Positions 26,828 through 37,734 are shown, counted from the stretch's first letter. The stretch is DNA of 64,000 nucleotides from an uncultured Actinomycetes bacterium (GCA_963739615.1 CAVUBD010000001.1:44590-108589), one strand, 5' to 3'. Program-made: numbers and translations. The notes: generated by a model from the letters alone, not told the origin.

Positions 26828-27738
26828 GTGGCCATGATCCTGGTTACGGGAGCCTCCGGCCTGGTGGGCGGGGAGGTGGTCCGGCAGCTATCGGCGAGCA
26901 GGTCCCGGTGCGCGCGCTGGTGCGCGATCCCGGCCGCGCGCCGCAGCTCGCCGTGCTACCCGGCGTCCAGGTCGTCACCGGCGACCTGGGCCGTCCGGGG
27001 ACCCTCGGGCCGGCCCTCAGCGACGTCGGCCAGGCGGTGCTCATTTCCTCGGCCGACGCGTCGATGGCCAACGTGCGATCCAGCTTTATCGACACTGCGG
27101 CGAAGGCCGGCGTCAGCCACATCGTCAAGTTGTCGGGGATCATGCCCGAGCTCGACTCGCCGTTCCGTTTCGCCCGCATGCACGGCGAGATCGAGGAGCA
27201 CCTGGCCGCGTCCGGGATGACCTTCACCAACTTGCGAGCCGGGGAGTTCATGCAGGCCTACTTCCGCCAGGTCCCCAACATCGTCGCCCGGCACCAGCTA
27301 CGGCTGCCGATGGCCGGCCAGCGCATCGCCTCGATCGACACCGCCGACATCGCGGCCGTCACCGTTCAGGTCCTGCTCGGCACGGGACACGACAACCAGA
27401 CGTACCCGATCACCGGGCCCCAGGCGCTGAGCATGGCCGAGGTCGCGGCGATCCTGTCGGAGGCGACGGGCACGGCCATCGCATACGTCGACGTACCGCC
27501 CGAGGCGGCCAGGCAGGCACAGCTGAACGCGGGCATGCCGCCGTACCTCGCGGACGCCCTGGCCGAGCTCTTCGCCGAGCGCCGGGCGGGCAAGGAATCC
27601 GTGCTGTCCGCCGTCACGCCCGCCCTGCTGGGCAGGCCCGCGACGAGCTTCGCTGAGTTCGCCGCGCGTAACGCCGCGGTATTCCGGGGAGCCCGCTCCG
27701 GTCGTGTACCCACAGCCCGAGCCGGTCCAGGACCGTGA
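26828..27738 (+). pseudogene. NmrA-like NAD(P)-binding oxidoreductase, frameshifted near 26892
   Basis: MILVTGASGLVGGEVVRQLS (Rossmann GxxGxxG) is in the 26828 frame; the rest (VPVRALVRDP...) is in the 26908 frame. One G appears to be missing in tcgg(g)cgag. Possibly a sequencing error. Confidence 0.7.
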
Positions 27739-27789
27739 GCGCAACCAGCCCGAGAACCAGCCCGGGGATCGTCATGAGAAGCACGACAC

Positions 27790-28257
27790 TCACGCCTGGC
27801 CAGCGCACCGCACATGAACGCCGCTCCCGGGCCGCAGGGCGGTGCGCCAGACGAACCCCACCGACACGCCGGCGACGGTCTCAGGTGCCGCGGTGCTGGC
27901 GGCGGTAGCGGCCGGGCGCGGTCGCGTACTCGTTGCCCCGTCGCCGCCGAACACGAGATCGGCGGCGGGATCGACGTGACGCGCGAGTATCTGGCCGAAC
28001 GGCGTCGGCCGCGCCCGCTCGGGGTTGCTGATCATGTGCGGCGAGCCGTGGCAGACGAGCGCGAGATCGCCCTGGTGCAGTTCCACCGGATCAGCTGCCG
28101 ACTCCAGCTTCAGGTAGCAGCTGCCGCGGACGACGAGGTGAAAGTCGGCCATCGGGGCGGCGTCGAAGGCCAGGCCCCACGGAGCTCGCGGGGTGGTGCG
28201 GGCGAAGACCGCGCCGCCGAGCCGGGCTGCCGACAGGACGTCGGCGAGTGCGTCCAT
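27790..28257 (-). pseudogene. N-terminal cupin (AraC-binding-like) fragment of an AraC-family regulator
   Basis: MDALADVLSAARLGGAVFARTTPRAPWGL is typical of cupin_6 AraC regulators. There is no room for the C-terminal HTH before the neighbouring gene. Confidence 0.55.
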
Positions 28258-28386
28258 GGGTTCACTCTTATCCCAGACGCCGGGTGATCTTCAAACTCTG
28301 GCGGCCAGGACACAAACGGCGGCGTCCAGGCGCAGATCCGCCACGACGGCCTCGATAGCGTCAGGCTGAGTTCAGGAGGCATCCAC

Positions 28387-29280
28387 GTGATTCTTGTCAT
28401 CGGCGCGACAGGCCAGTCCGGAGCGGCGGCCGTCAGCGCGCTCGTCGCCAGGAACATGCCCGTGCGGGTTCTCATGCGGCCGCACCGGGTCGCCGCGCCG
28501 GTCGTGCCCGCGGGCTGCGAGCTTGCCCCCGGCGACATCACCAGGCCGGATACGCTGGCCGCCGCGCTCAACGGTGTCACCGGAATCGTCAACTGCGTCG
28601 GCGTCGGCCATGACCTGCGGACCCGGCCGGCCACGATCGAGGCCGTCGAGGTCACAGGTAACCGCAACCTGATCGAGGCGGCCGTGGCGGCCGGCCAGGC
28701 GCCGCACGTGGTGTACCTGTCCGCGCTCATGGCCGAGCGGGCGCCCTACGCCAGGCCGTTCGCCGCCAAGCGGCTGACCGAGGCGGCGCTGGGTGCGTCG
28801 GGCCTGCCGTTCACGATCCTGCGGCCGTCCAATTTCACGGAGAGCATCGCCGGTGACTTCGTCAGCAACGGCGTCGCGAACCTGGCCGGCGGCTTCCCGC
28901 ATCCGACATCCCCCATCTCGGTGCATGACCTCGGGCAGATCGCGGCGCGCTGCGCGGCGGAACTCGGGCCCTCGGGCCGGGTGCACGACCTGTTCGGGCC
29001 GGAGACGATGAGCTTCCCCGATGTCATCAGGCGATGGACGGCCGCCCGGGATGAGACGGTGAAGTTCCGCTCAATGCCGCTGCCAGCGCTCCGCATCCTG
29101 ACGGCGGCCGCCGCGCCAGTCCGGCCGCTGTTCCCGGTCATCTACTCGCTGATCAGGTCGTTCAACGAGCTGGACTGGAGCGGCGGCGCCGCCGAGAGCC
29201 GGCGGCTCGCAGGAGGCGAGTTGCTCGGCGTCGAGGATGCCGCGCGGCGCCACCGCCAGCCGGACCAGCTGCCATCCTGA
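28387..29280 (+). CDS. NAD(P)H-binding SDR/NmrA-like protein
   Basis: MILVIGATGQSGAAAV Rossmann motif; 297 aa. Confidence 0.8.
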   Translation: MILVIGATGQSGAAAVSALVARNMPVRVLMRPHRVAAPVVPAGCELAPGDITRPDTLAAALNGVTGIVNCVGVGHDLRTRPATIEAVEVTGNRNLIEAAVAAGQAPHVVYLSALMAERAPYARPFAAKRLTEAALGASGLPFTILRPSNFTESIAGDFVSNGVANLAGGFPHPTSPISVHDLGQIAARCAAELGPSGRVHDLFGPETMSFPDVIRRWTAARDETVKFRSMPLPALRILTAAAAPVRPLFPVIYSLIRSFNELDWSGGAAESRRLAGGELLGVEDAARRHRQPDQLPS

Positions 29281-29393
29281 CACCAGTCTGGCCGGGCGGG
29301 TTAACCGCAAGGCCGTTCAGATAGCACTGGAGTGCGGCTGGCAAGCCGACCAGCGAGCACCCGCCCGACCTGGATGAATGATTCCTTATGGGT

Positions 29394-29651
29394 TCAGTTG
29401 TCATAAGCGATCAGCGATCCCTTGGCGGGCGTGCTGTCGGCCCAGTTGTGCCAGATGGCGGTGGCCATGGCAAGCAGCCGCTGGGCGATGCGGGCGTAGA
29501 CGCCCTCCGTGGTGCGGCCGCCGTGCCGCTCCAGGTCGAGCTGGCCTTTGAGGGTGTCACTGACCGACTCGATCCACCGCCGGATCAAGCCGATCGACCC
29601 GTGCCTGGGTGCCTCGTCCCGGCGGCCGGGGCGGACTAGCCATCCCGTCAA
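29394..29651 (-). pseudogene. C-terminal fragment of an IS982-family transposase
   Basis: LVRPGRRDE...IRRWIESVSDTLKGQLDLERHGGRT...AIWHNW parallels the C-terminus of the intact IS982 transposase family. Confidence 0.7.
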
Positions 29652-29880
29652 GATATCTTGACAGACCCCTTCAGCTCTTGCCTGAGGGCTCTTCGGGACC
29701 GGGCTTATCCCTGGCTGCCCGGCACGAGCATGGGGACGCCGACGATCGGGCTGGCGGTGAGGCCGGGTACTCCTGCGATGACATCAAGGTTGGTGACCGG
29801 GGGCCACCAGATTCTCGGGTGCTCAGATGGCCAGAGCGGTGGCAGGGCGCCTGCCTGGGACGAGGCCGGGGTCCGGCTGG

Positions 29881-31086
29881 CTAGGGCGGCGGCATGAGCC
29901 CGTTCTCGGGGAAGACGGCCGTGCGGGTTGCCATTATGGCCTGGTCGACGCGGTCTGCAGGGTTGTATCCGGACTCGAAGCGGGTGTACTGCGCCTGGGC
30001 CCCGTCGGTCATCAGCTCGGGTGCCTGGCCGCCGGTGCGGCGGTATGCGTACTCGCGCCAGGCGGCCGGGATGCGCGCCTGGGGGTCGATCGGATATCCG
30101 GCGGCTTCGGCGAGCAGGTGCGCCCAGGTTCTGGGCACGACCTGGAGCGGCTCGTAGCCGCCTCCGCCGGTGAGAAGCCAGCGGCCGCCGGTGACCTGGT
30201 GGGCCAGGTCGTGGATCGCGGCGCCCGCTGCGCGCTGCGCGTCGATGGACAACTCCAGGCCGCCCAGCGGGTCGAGCCGGTGCGTGTCACAGCCGTGCTG
30301 GCTGACCAGGATCTGCGGCCGGAACGCCCGCAGCAGCGGCGGCACGACGGCATGGAAGGCCCGCAGCCACCCGGCGTCCGTCGTCCCGGCCGGCAGCGCC
30401 ACGTTGACCGCCGATCCCGCCGCCCCCGGCCCGCCCGTCTCGGACGGCCACCCGGTGCCGGGCCACAGCGTCGCCGGATCCTCGTGCAGGCTGATCGTCA
30501 GCACCCGCGGATCGTCATAAAACGCCGCCTGCACCCCGTCGCCGTGGTGCACGTCGATGTCGACGTAGGCGACCCGCTCCGCGCCTGCCAGCAGCAGCCA
30601 GGCGATCGCGATCGCCGGGTCGTTATACACGCAGAAGCCGCTCGCGCTTTCCCGCATCGCGTGGTGCAGGCCGCCCGCGATACTCGCGCCGTGCTGCGCC
30701 GCGCCGGTCCAGACCGCGCGGGCCGCGGCCAGGGTCGCGCCCGCCACCAGCGCCGACGCGTCATGCATCCCGCGAAACACCGGGTCATCCGCGGTGCCGA
30801 GGCCGAAACCCAGAATCGAGGAGTCCGGGTCCGGGCCGCCGGCCAGCCGCACCGCCGCGATATAGCGCCCGACGTGCACCATCTCCAGCTGCACGTCAGT
30901 GGCCGGCGCCGCCCGCTCGACTGACACCCCGGCCCTGGCGAGCAGGCCGAACGCGCGGGCCAGTTCGATCGTCAGCTCGACCCGGACCGGCGCCATCGGA
31001 TGGCCGGGCCCGAAGTCATAGGCAGCCAGCCGTTCGTCCCAGGCCACGTGCAGCGTGCAGGGCACGCGGTCATCCTCCGCAGTCAT
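29881..31086 (-). CDS. acuC: Histone-deacetylase-family protein (acetoin utilization AcuC-type lysine deacetylase)
   Basis: Start trimmed to MTAEDDRVP (ATG at 31086). GGLHHA, DIDVHHGDG and the LHEDPATLWPGTG region are HDAC class motifs. Confidence 0.85.
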   Translation of the reverse strand: MTAEDDRVPCTLHVAWDERLAAYDFGPGHPMAPVRVELTIELARAFGLLARAGVSVERAAPATDVQLEMVHVGRYIAAVRLAGGPDPDSSILGFGLGTADDPVFRGMHDASALVAGATLAAARAVWTGAAQHGASIAGGLHHAMRESASGFCVYNDPAIAIAWLLLAGAERVAYVDIDVHHGDGVQAAFYDDPRVLTISLHEDPATLWPGTGWPSETGGPGAAGSAVNVALPAGTTDAGWLRAFHAVVPPLLRAFRPQILVSQHGCDTHRLDPLGGLELSIDAQRAAGAAIHDLAHQVTGGRWLLTGGGGYEPLQVVPRTWAHLLAEAAGYPIDPQARIPAAWREYAYRRTGGQAPELMTDGAQAQYTRFESGYNPADRVDQAIMATRTAVFPENGLMPPP

Positions 31087-31336
31087 GGGTGGCGGCGCGT
31101 GTGACGAGCGCGGCACGCCCGGCGTGAGGCGCGACATAGACCTTGGGATTTCGCTCCAGGCATCGCTGATGGCTGAGCGCTTCGCAGGACGGGCAGGCAA
31201 CGCGGAGGGCGGGGTCGGCGTGAGCGAGCTGGTCGGCGCTTCCCATGTCAGCGAGCACGCGGCTGATGGCGATTTCGGATTGTGTCGCGGTATACGCTCT
31301 TCGTGACGGCGCTGATCTGAATGGCATCGCGTTCAT
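31070..31336 (-). CDS. Small hypothetical protein with a zinc-finger-like CPSC...C motif
   Basis: 88 aa. VACPSCEALSHQRC...HAGRAALV resembles small actinobacterial/phage zinc-finger proteins. Overlaps the acuC start by 17 bp. Weak call. Confidence 0.4.
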   Translation of the reverse strand: MNAMPFRSAPSRRAYTATQSEIAISRVLADMGSADQLAHADPALRVACPSCEALSHQRCLERNPKVYVAPHAGRAALVTRAATHDCGG

Positions 31337-31596
31337 CTCATCTCGAGTTGCCCTTTCACAGTATCACGGCGCGCCGGACTATACGACGCTCAGGGAATAA
31401 TTCGAATACCCAAGCGAACGACGTAGGTGATCGCGGAAGGCGACAGAACCCCCGCCTGCAAGTCGGCGCGCCCGTCCTCCCGGGTCCCTGGCCTGCGGTG
31501 CAGCGGGGCTCACCGGAGGTGCGGGCCCGCTGATTTTTCTGTCGGCAGGACACGCGGGACGTCTGCTACTGCAGCCAGAACCAGCGCAAATGTCCT

Positions 31597-31758
31597 GTCT
31601 CGTTGATCGTGAGGCATGGCGAGCGCTTCCACCTGCGGTGCCTCAAGTACGTGAGACAGTCGGCGCCGTCGTTCGTCTCGCCGATCATGAGGCAAGTCCG
31701 CAAGCCGTAGGTGCTGTCCAACCAGGTCAGTGGTGCGGGTGCCTCATCTCGGTGAGAC
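31597..31758. repeat. Three copies of a ~20-nt motif (two direct, one inverted) in a lower-GC non-coding stretch
   Basis: GTCTCGTTGATCGTGAGGCAT (31597-31617), GTCTCGCCGATCATGAGGCA (31675-31694), and the reverse complement of GCCTCATCTCGGTGAGAC (31741-31758). Confidence 0.6.
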
Positions 31759-32022
31759 GGCACGGTTGGTTGCCTCGCCCTCGTGCTAGCTATGTATGAC
31801 CATAATCTGAGACATCCCACACACATCGACATGCCCATCACTGAACTTGTACGCCGCACCGCGCGACACCAGCGCCAGGCGTGACCGGCCGTGCAGACGA
31901 CGAACGGCGAATAGCCGACCGGGAGCCCAGACCACGCAGTCATGCGGCAATCATCCACCGATGCCGCAGAGATCGCCTGGCTCCGGGAGATCGGTATCGG
32001 GTGATGGGCGGTGACCTGTCTG

Positions 32023-34703
32023 TCAGGGCAGTTTGCGCAGGTAGGCGTCGGCGGGCTCGGCGGCCCGGAGGCGGATCCGGGCATCGACGGCCTGCACGCC
32101 GTCCGGGCGGGCGAAGACCGGGCTCAGCTCGAGCTCGGCGATCTGCGGCAGGTCATCGGCCATCCGGGAGACGCGCAGCAGCAGGTCCCGCAGCGCGCCG
32201 AGATCAACGGCCGGAGCGCCGGGGCGCCCGAGCAGGAGCGGGGCGGCGCGGATGGACCGGATCAGCTCGCCGGCATCGGAGTCGGTCAGCGGGGCAAGCC
32301 GCGCCGCGCGGTCCGCCAGCGCATCGGCGGCCGCGCCGCCGGCCCCGAACAGCACCAGCGGGCCGGCAGCTGGTTCCTGCAGCATGCTGATCATCAGCTC
32401 GACGCCGCCGGTGACCATCGGCTTGACGATGACACCGGCCAGCCGGCGGCCGAAGGTCTCCGCCAGTGAGCGGAACCCGCGCCGGACCGCGTCCGCGCCG
32501 TGCAGGTCGATCAGCAGGGCGCCGGCGCCGCGCGCGCGCACCAGGCCGGGCACGTCCGCCCGGAGCGTGACCGGGCCGCCGAACCGGGCCGCCGCCGCGA
32601 CGGCGGCGTCCTCGGTGACGACCCCGATGCTGTCGGCCAGCGGCACCCCGTAGCAGGCGAGGAGTTCCACGGTCGCGTCCAGCGGCAGCCAGCCGTCGGC
32701 CGGCTTGCCGGCCAGGAATTCCGCGACCAGTTCCCGCGCCCGGTCCTGGCGCAGGCCGTCGAGGTCGGGCACGCTTCCCGGCGGGGTCGCCCGCCACATG
32801 CCGTAGCGCGCGGCGTGGGCGAGGGCGTGGGCGGCGGACTCGGCGTAGGCGTAGGCCGGGACGGCGGGGGAATCCGCGTCCGGGCCGCGCAGCAGCCGGA
32901 CCACTTCCACCTGGTCCAGCACCGCGGCGGCGACCGGCACCGGCAGCCGCGCGGCGGGTATCTCGGGAACCAGGTCACTGCCCGCGCTCGAGGCGGTCAG
33001 CGCCAGCACCGCGTCGACACCCGGGTCGGCGCCGGCCAGCTCCAGGCACTGCCGGAAGACCCCGGGGCCGGCCAGCAGGGTGGTGTCGACCGGCCCGGCC
33101 ACCATGGCCTCGCTGGGCAGCAGGTCCCGGAGCTTCCGCCGGGTGCCGGCGGCCAGGCTGGCGACCTGCAGGCCCGCGTCGCCGCACGCGTCGGCGGCGA
33201 TCACGGCGGCGCCGCGGGTGTTGGATACCACGGCGACCCTGGGCCCGGCGGGAGCCGGCTGCGAGGCCAGCAGGGCCGCGGTGTCGAGCAGTTCGCCGAG
33301 GTTCGCGGTGGCGATCACCCCGGCCTGCTCGAACAGGGCCTGCCTGGTGAGCAGCGGCGTAGCCGCCGCCTTGGCGCGGGCCCCGGCCAGGCGCCGGCCG
33401 CCGCGGACCGGCCCACACTCACGATCAGGACCGGCATGCTGCGACCCACCCGGCGGGCGGTGCGGGCGAACTTGGGCGGGTTCCCGACCGACTCCAGGTA
33501 CAGCAGCGCCAGCTTCGTCACCGGATCGGACTCCCACCACTGCAGCATGTCGGTGCCGCTTACGTCGTCCTTGTCGCCCAGCGAGACCAGGGAGGAGATC
33601 CCGACACCCAGCCGGGACAGGTGCTCCACCAGGGCGAAGCCCATGCCGCCGGTGGACTGGAACGCCAGGCCGGCGCTTCCCGCCGTCGGATGGCGGGCCG
33701 CGAACGTCGCGTCCAGGCACACACCGGGACTGGCGACGCCGAAGGAGGCCGGACCCGCCATCCGCATGCCGTAGCGGCGGCAGGTGCCCAGCACCTCCGC
33801 GCGCGCCGCGCCGTCAAGTCCCGCCGCGAGCACCACCAGGGCCTTGACCCCGCGCCGCCCGCATTCCCCGGCGATCCCGGGCACGGCAGCCGCCGGCGTC
33901 GCAATGACCGCCAGGTCGACCTGCTCGGGCAGCGCGGCCGCCGACGGCAGGCAGGGCACGCCGTCCAGTTCGGCCGCAGCCGGGTTGACCGCATACACCG
34001 GGCCGGAGAAGCCGCCGGTCACGATGTTCCGCAAGATGACCCGCCCGACCGACCCGGGGCGCCGGCTCGCGCCGATGACCGCGACCGAGGCCGGGGTCAG
34101 CACAGGCCGCATGCTGGCCACATCGGCCGACCGCTCCCGCTCGGCCACCGTGTCCCGGTAGGTGCCAAGGGCAGCGTCGGCCTCGTCGCGGGGCAGCGGG
34201 AACGTCAGGTCGTACACACCATCCGCGAACGTCCGGTGCACCTGCAGCCCGGCGTCGGCGAACACCCGCAGCATGGCCGCGTTCTCGCTCAGCGTCTCCG
34301 CGGTCAGGGCGCGGCACCCGCGGCCGCGGGCCAGCGAGACCAGGTGCTCCAGCAGCAGCGTGCCGACGCCACGGCGGTGCATGTCATCGGCGACCGCGAA
34401 GGCGACCTCCGCGGAAACCGAGCCGGCGTCGTAGCGCTCGTAAGTGCCGCAGCCGACCACCTCGCCGTCCAGCACGGCGAGCAGCGCAGCGTGGTCCGGC
34501 CCGGGCTCACGGCATATCCGGCGCGCCTCCCGCTCCGCCGCTACCGGGCTCAGGCTGAAGAAGCGCAGGTAAAGGTTGTCCGGGGACATCTTGGCGTGAA
34601 GGTCCCGCACCGCCGCGAAGTCCCCAGGCCGGGCAGGCCGGATCTCGATCGTCGTGCCGTCGGCCAGCAGAGCATAGGCGCTAGGCTCGCCCTGTGTGCT
34701 CAC
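32023..34703 (-). pseudogene. pat: Pat-type protein lysine acetyltransferase (N-terminal GNAT + NDP-forming acyl-CoA-synthetase-like domains), split by a frameshift near 33393-33410
   Basis: ORF 33315-34703 carries the GNAT (RRGVGTLLLEHLV) and CoA-binding region. ORF 32023-33720 carries the ATP-grasp/ligase-like part. They join as ...SVGRSAA|GRRLAGARAKAAATPLL in a G/C run. Possibly a sequencing indel. Confidence 0.8.
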
Positions 34704-35082
34704 GTCACCCTCCCCGGGTACTGCAGTGACCCGCGATCTCGCACCTAACCCGCATTATCGGGCACGACAGCAAAGCAGGCTCTGATAGCTCAATGATTGC
34801 TCAATAAGATCTTTGCGAGCCAGGCGGCCGGGCCGGAACGATCCAGGCGCGCAGCCCGCTGAGAGTACTGAGGATCTCTGCCCGATCGCCGAGATCATCC
34901 GTGCCTTCCTGCTGGCGGCCGCGGACGCCGCCGCCAGCGCCCGCTTCGACGCGGCAGGGGCGGCCGGGCGGATCGTCCCGGAGGCGGATGGGCGTGTGGT
35001 CTGTTCGCTGCGGCCCTGGCCTTCCCCGATCACGGCAGAGACGGCAATCCGGTATGTGCAGGGGATGCGGTCGGGTGGGCTG

Positions 35083-35688
35083 TCAGATCCAGCCGCGGGA
35101 GCGGGCGAGCTGGACCGCTTCGTGGCGGTTGGCGGCGCCGAGCTTGGCGGCTGCGGAGGAGAGGTAGTTGCGGACCGTGCCGGGGGTCAGGGCCGCGCGT
35201 TTCGCGATTTCATCGACGGGGGCGCCGCCTGCCGCGAGTTCCAGGACGTCGGCTTCGCGGGGGGTGAGCGGGCTGTCGCCGGCGCTGATGGCGTCGGCGG
35301 CGAGTTCGGGGTCGACGTAGCGGCCGCCGCGGTGAACGGTGCGGACCACGTCGGCCAGGACCTGGGCCGAGACGGTCTTGGGCAGGAACCCGCGGACGCC
35401 GGCGGCGAGGGCCCGTTTGAGATGCCCTGGCCGTCCGTAGCTGGTCAGGATGAGGCTGCCGCAGGCGGGCAGCTCGGTGACCAGCTGCTCGGCGACGGCG
35501 ATCCCGTCCAGGCCGGGCATCTGCAGATCCAGCACGGCCACGTCCGGGCGGTGCCGGCGGGCCATCGCGAGGGCCTCGTCGCCGGAGGCGGCCTGGGCCA
35601 CGACCTGCAGGTCGTCCTGGATCGCCAGCAGGGAGGCCAGCGCGGTGCGGATGAGGTTCTCGTCGTCGGCGAGGAGCACGCGGATCAC
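35083..35688 (-). CDS. NarL/LuxR-family response regulator
   Basis: Receiver domain (DDENLIR, DVAVLDLQMPGLDG) plus a LuxR HTH (LTPREADVLELAAGGAPVDEIA). Confidence 0.9.
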   Translation of the reverse strand: MIRVLLADDENLIRTALASLLAIQDDLQVVAQAASGDEALAMARRHRPDVAVLDLQMPGLDGIAVAEQLVTELPACGSLILTSYGRPGHLKRALAAGVRGFLPKTVSAQVLADVVRTVHRGGRYVDPELAADAISAGDSPLTPREADVLELAAGGAPVDEIAKRAALTPGTVRNYLSSAAAKLGAANRHEAVQLARSRGWI

Positions 35689-36992
35689 GGCGCGGGCGTC
35701 TCTGGTGTGACACCGGTGCCGCGCTGGCCCGGGCCGGGCGGCACCGCTGCGGCGCCGCAGGCGGGCAGGCTGGCCTCCAGCCGGAAGTGGCCGTTGCGGG
35801 GATGCCCGGTCGTGATGCTGCCGCCCAGGCCGGCCAGCCGCTCGCCGAGCCCGGCCAGCCCGCTGCCGCCAGATCCGGCGGCCGGCGTGTGCACGCGGTC
35901 GTTGTCCATGCGGAGCGTCACCGCGCGCGGGGCGCCCGGGGAATCCAGGATGTGAAGCTCGATCGTGCAGGCGGTGGCGTCGCTGTGGCGGATGATGTTG
36001 GTGGTGCCCTCGCGGACCACCCAGCCCAGGGCGGCCTGCACGTCAGCAGGAAGGCCCGCCGCGTCGCCGATGACGCGGCAGCTCATCCCCGCGGAACGCA
36101 GGACATCCTGCGCGCCGACCAGCTCGGTGCCCAGGTCCGCGGTGCGGTATCCGCTGACGACCGCGCGCATCTCCCGCAGCGACTCATGGGCCACCTGGCG
36201 CACCTGGAGCATCTGCCCGGCGGCGTCCTTGTCGCCCCGGCGCGCCAGCTCCGCGGCGAGCTCGCTCTGGACGGCTATCAGGGACAGGTTCCGGCCGAGC
36301 ACGTCGTGCAGGTCGCGGGCAAAACGCAGCCGCTCCTCGGCGACCGACAGGCGGGCGTGCGCGGTCCGCGACCGGTCGAGCTCCGACATGATCCGCAGCG
36401 TCGACGCGGACGAGCGGCAGGTGAGCACGCCGACGCCGACGATGAAGGCGTAGAACAGGGATGCCCAGATGAGGTCCTGCCCGTAGGCGCCAGCGCCGGC
36501 CCGGCCGACGCTCGCGGTCAAGCCGCTGGCCGCGGCCGCGCTCACCAGGACCAGGGCGAGCAGCGCGCGCAGGCTGAGCAGAGGCGTGAGCGCCACAATC
36601 AGGGCGCCGCCGAAGAGCATGGCTACCAGCATGCTCACCGGGACCTCGGTCCCGGAGGGTTGGGTGAAGGCCGGGAAGGCCGCCGCTCCGGCGAGCACGC
36701 CGGCCGCGGTCAGCGCGGCGGCTGAGGCGACCAGCCATCTCTTCGGCGGCGGTCCCGCTGCCAGGTAGCGGCCCAGGCCCGCGTGCAGCAACGCGATGCA
36801 GACGCCTGCCTGCGCCACGGACAGCAGCAGGAAAACGGCCAGGCCGGGTCCCCGCACCTGGCGCTGCCCGGCGGCCAGGACCACCGCGAGCACCGGCACG
36901 GCGGCGAGCAGCACGTACACGCTGGCCCTGGTCCGCAACTCGAACCACCCGAGACTGCCCCGCTCGTTCCATCGCCGCCACATCACCGTCAC
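35685..36992 (-). CDS. Sensor histidine kinase (HisKA_3 type)
   Basis: N-terminal TM helices, H-box FARDLHDVLGRNLS and an HATPase_c (REGTTNIIRHS). 4-bp overlap with the regulator gene. Confidence 0.85.
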   Translation of the reverse strand: MTVMWRRWNERGSLGWFELRTRASVYVLLAAVPVLAVVLAAGQRQVRGPGLAVFLLLSVAQAGVCIALLHAGLGRYLAAGPPPKRWLVASAAALTAAGVLAGAAAFPAFTQPSGTEVPVSMLVAMLFGGALIVALTPLLSLRALLALVLVSAAAASGLTASVGRAGAGAYGQDLIWASLFYAFIVGVGVLTCRSSASTLRIMSELDRSRTAHARLSVAEERLRFARDLHDVLGRNLSLIAVQSELAAELARRGDKDAAGQMLQVRQVAHESLREMRAVVSGYRTADLGTELVGAQDVLRSAGMSCRVIGDAAGLPADVQAALGWVVREGTTNIIRHSDATACTIELHILDSPGAPRAVTLRMDNDRVHTPAAGSGGSGLAGLGERLAGLGGSITTGHPRNGHFRLEASLPACGAAAVPPGPGQRGTGVTPETPAP

Positions 36993-37014
36993 CCCTCCAG
37001 CCTGTCACGCTTGC

Positions 37015-37734
37015 TTAGCGCCGTGGTTCCCAGCGGAACCAGCGTCGCGCAGCCCATGCGCCCGCGATGGTCCATGCCGCGAGCACGAGGACCGGGGCTG
37101 CTGCCGCGCCGAAGCTCGCGGCAAGGCCGAGGTGATGACCGCCGGCGGCAGTAGTTCCGGTCAGGCCGAGCCGCAGCAGTTCCACCACCGGCGTCAGCGG
37201 CAGCGCCTCCGCGACCCATCGCAGCGGCTCGGGCAGCATCGCCAGCGGGAACAGCAGGCCGCTGAACACCAGCGGCAGCCACAGTGCCGGCATCGTCGTG
37301 ACCTGCGCCAGCTGCACGGTGCGGGTCACCGCAGCGGTGACCGCGGCCAGCAGCACGAACACCGCAGTCCCCAGGATGAGCGCAACCGGTACGAGCGCGG
37401 CGTTGGCGGGCGGGTTGAGGCCGAGCACCGCGACGGCGGCGACCGCGGCCACGGCGATCTGCGCCCAGGCGATCGCGATGGCGGGCGCGGCGGTCCCCGC
37501 GAGGATCTCGCCGTCGGTGGCCTCGCCCGTGCGCAGCCGCTTGAGCACGAGCTCCTCGCGGCGTGCCACCATCGCCGTCACCAGGTTGTAGTACACGGCA
37601 ATCAGCAGCGCGAACGCCGTCAGCCCCGTCAGGAGCATTGCGCCGAAGTCATGGGCCCCGCTGGCGCCAAGACCACCCCGCGCGGTGCCCGAGGCTGACC
37701 AGGCCCAGCGCCTCGGCCACCGGCCGGGGCGCAC
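37015..37734 (-). pseudogene. ABC-2-type transporter permease lacking its N-terminal part
   Basis: About five predicted TM segments and VLKRLRTGEA. The N-terminal ~30 aa of the ORF are non-permease-like and overlap the ATPase remnant. Confidence 0.6.

Noticed and set aside
31566-32084. 172-aa reverse-strand ORF across the lower-GC spacer.
   Set aside because: Poor codon bias, Cys/Trp/Arg-rich composition and overlap with the 3' end of pat. The repeats it contains are better explained as non-coding elements.
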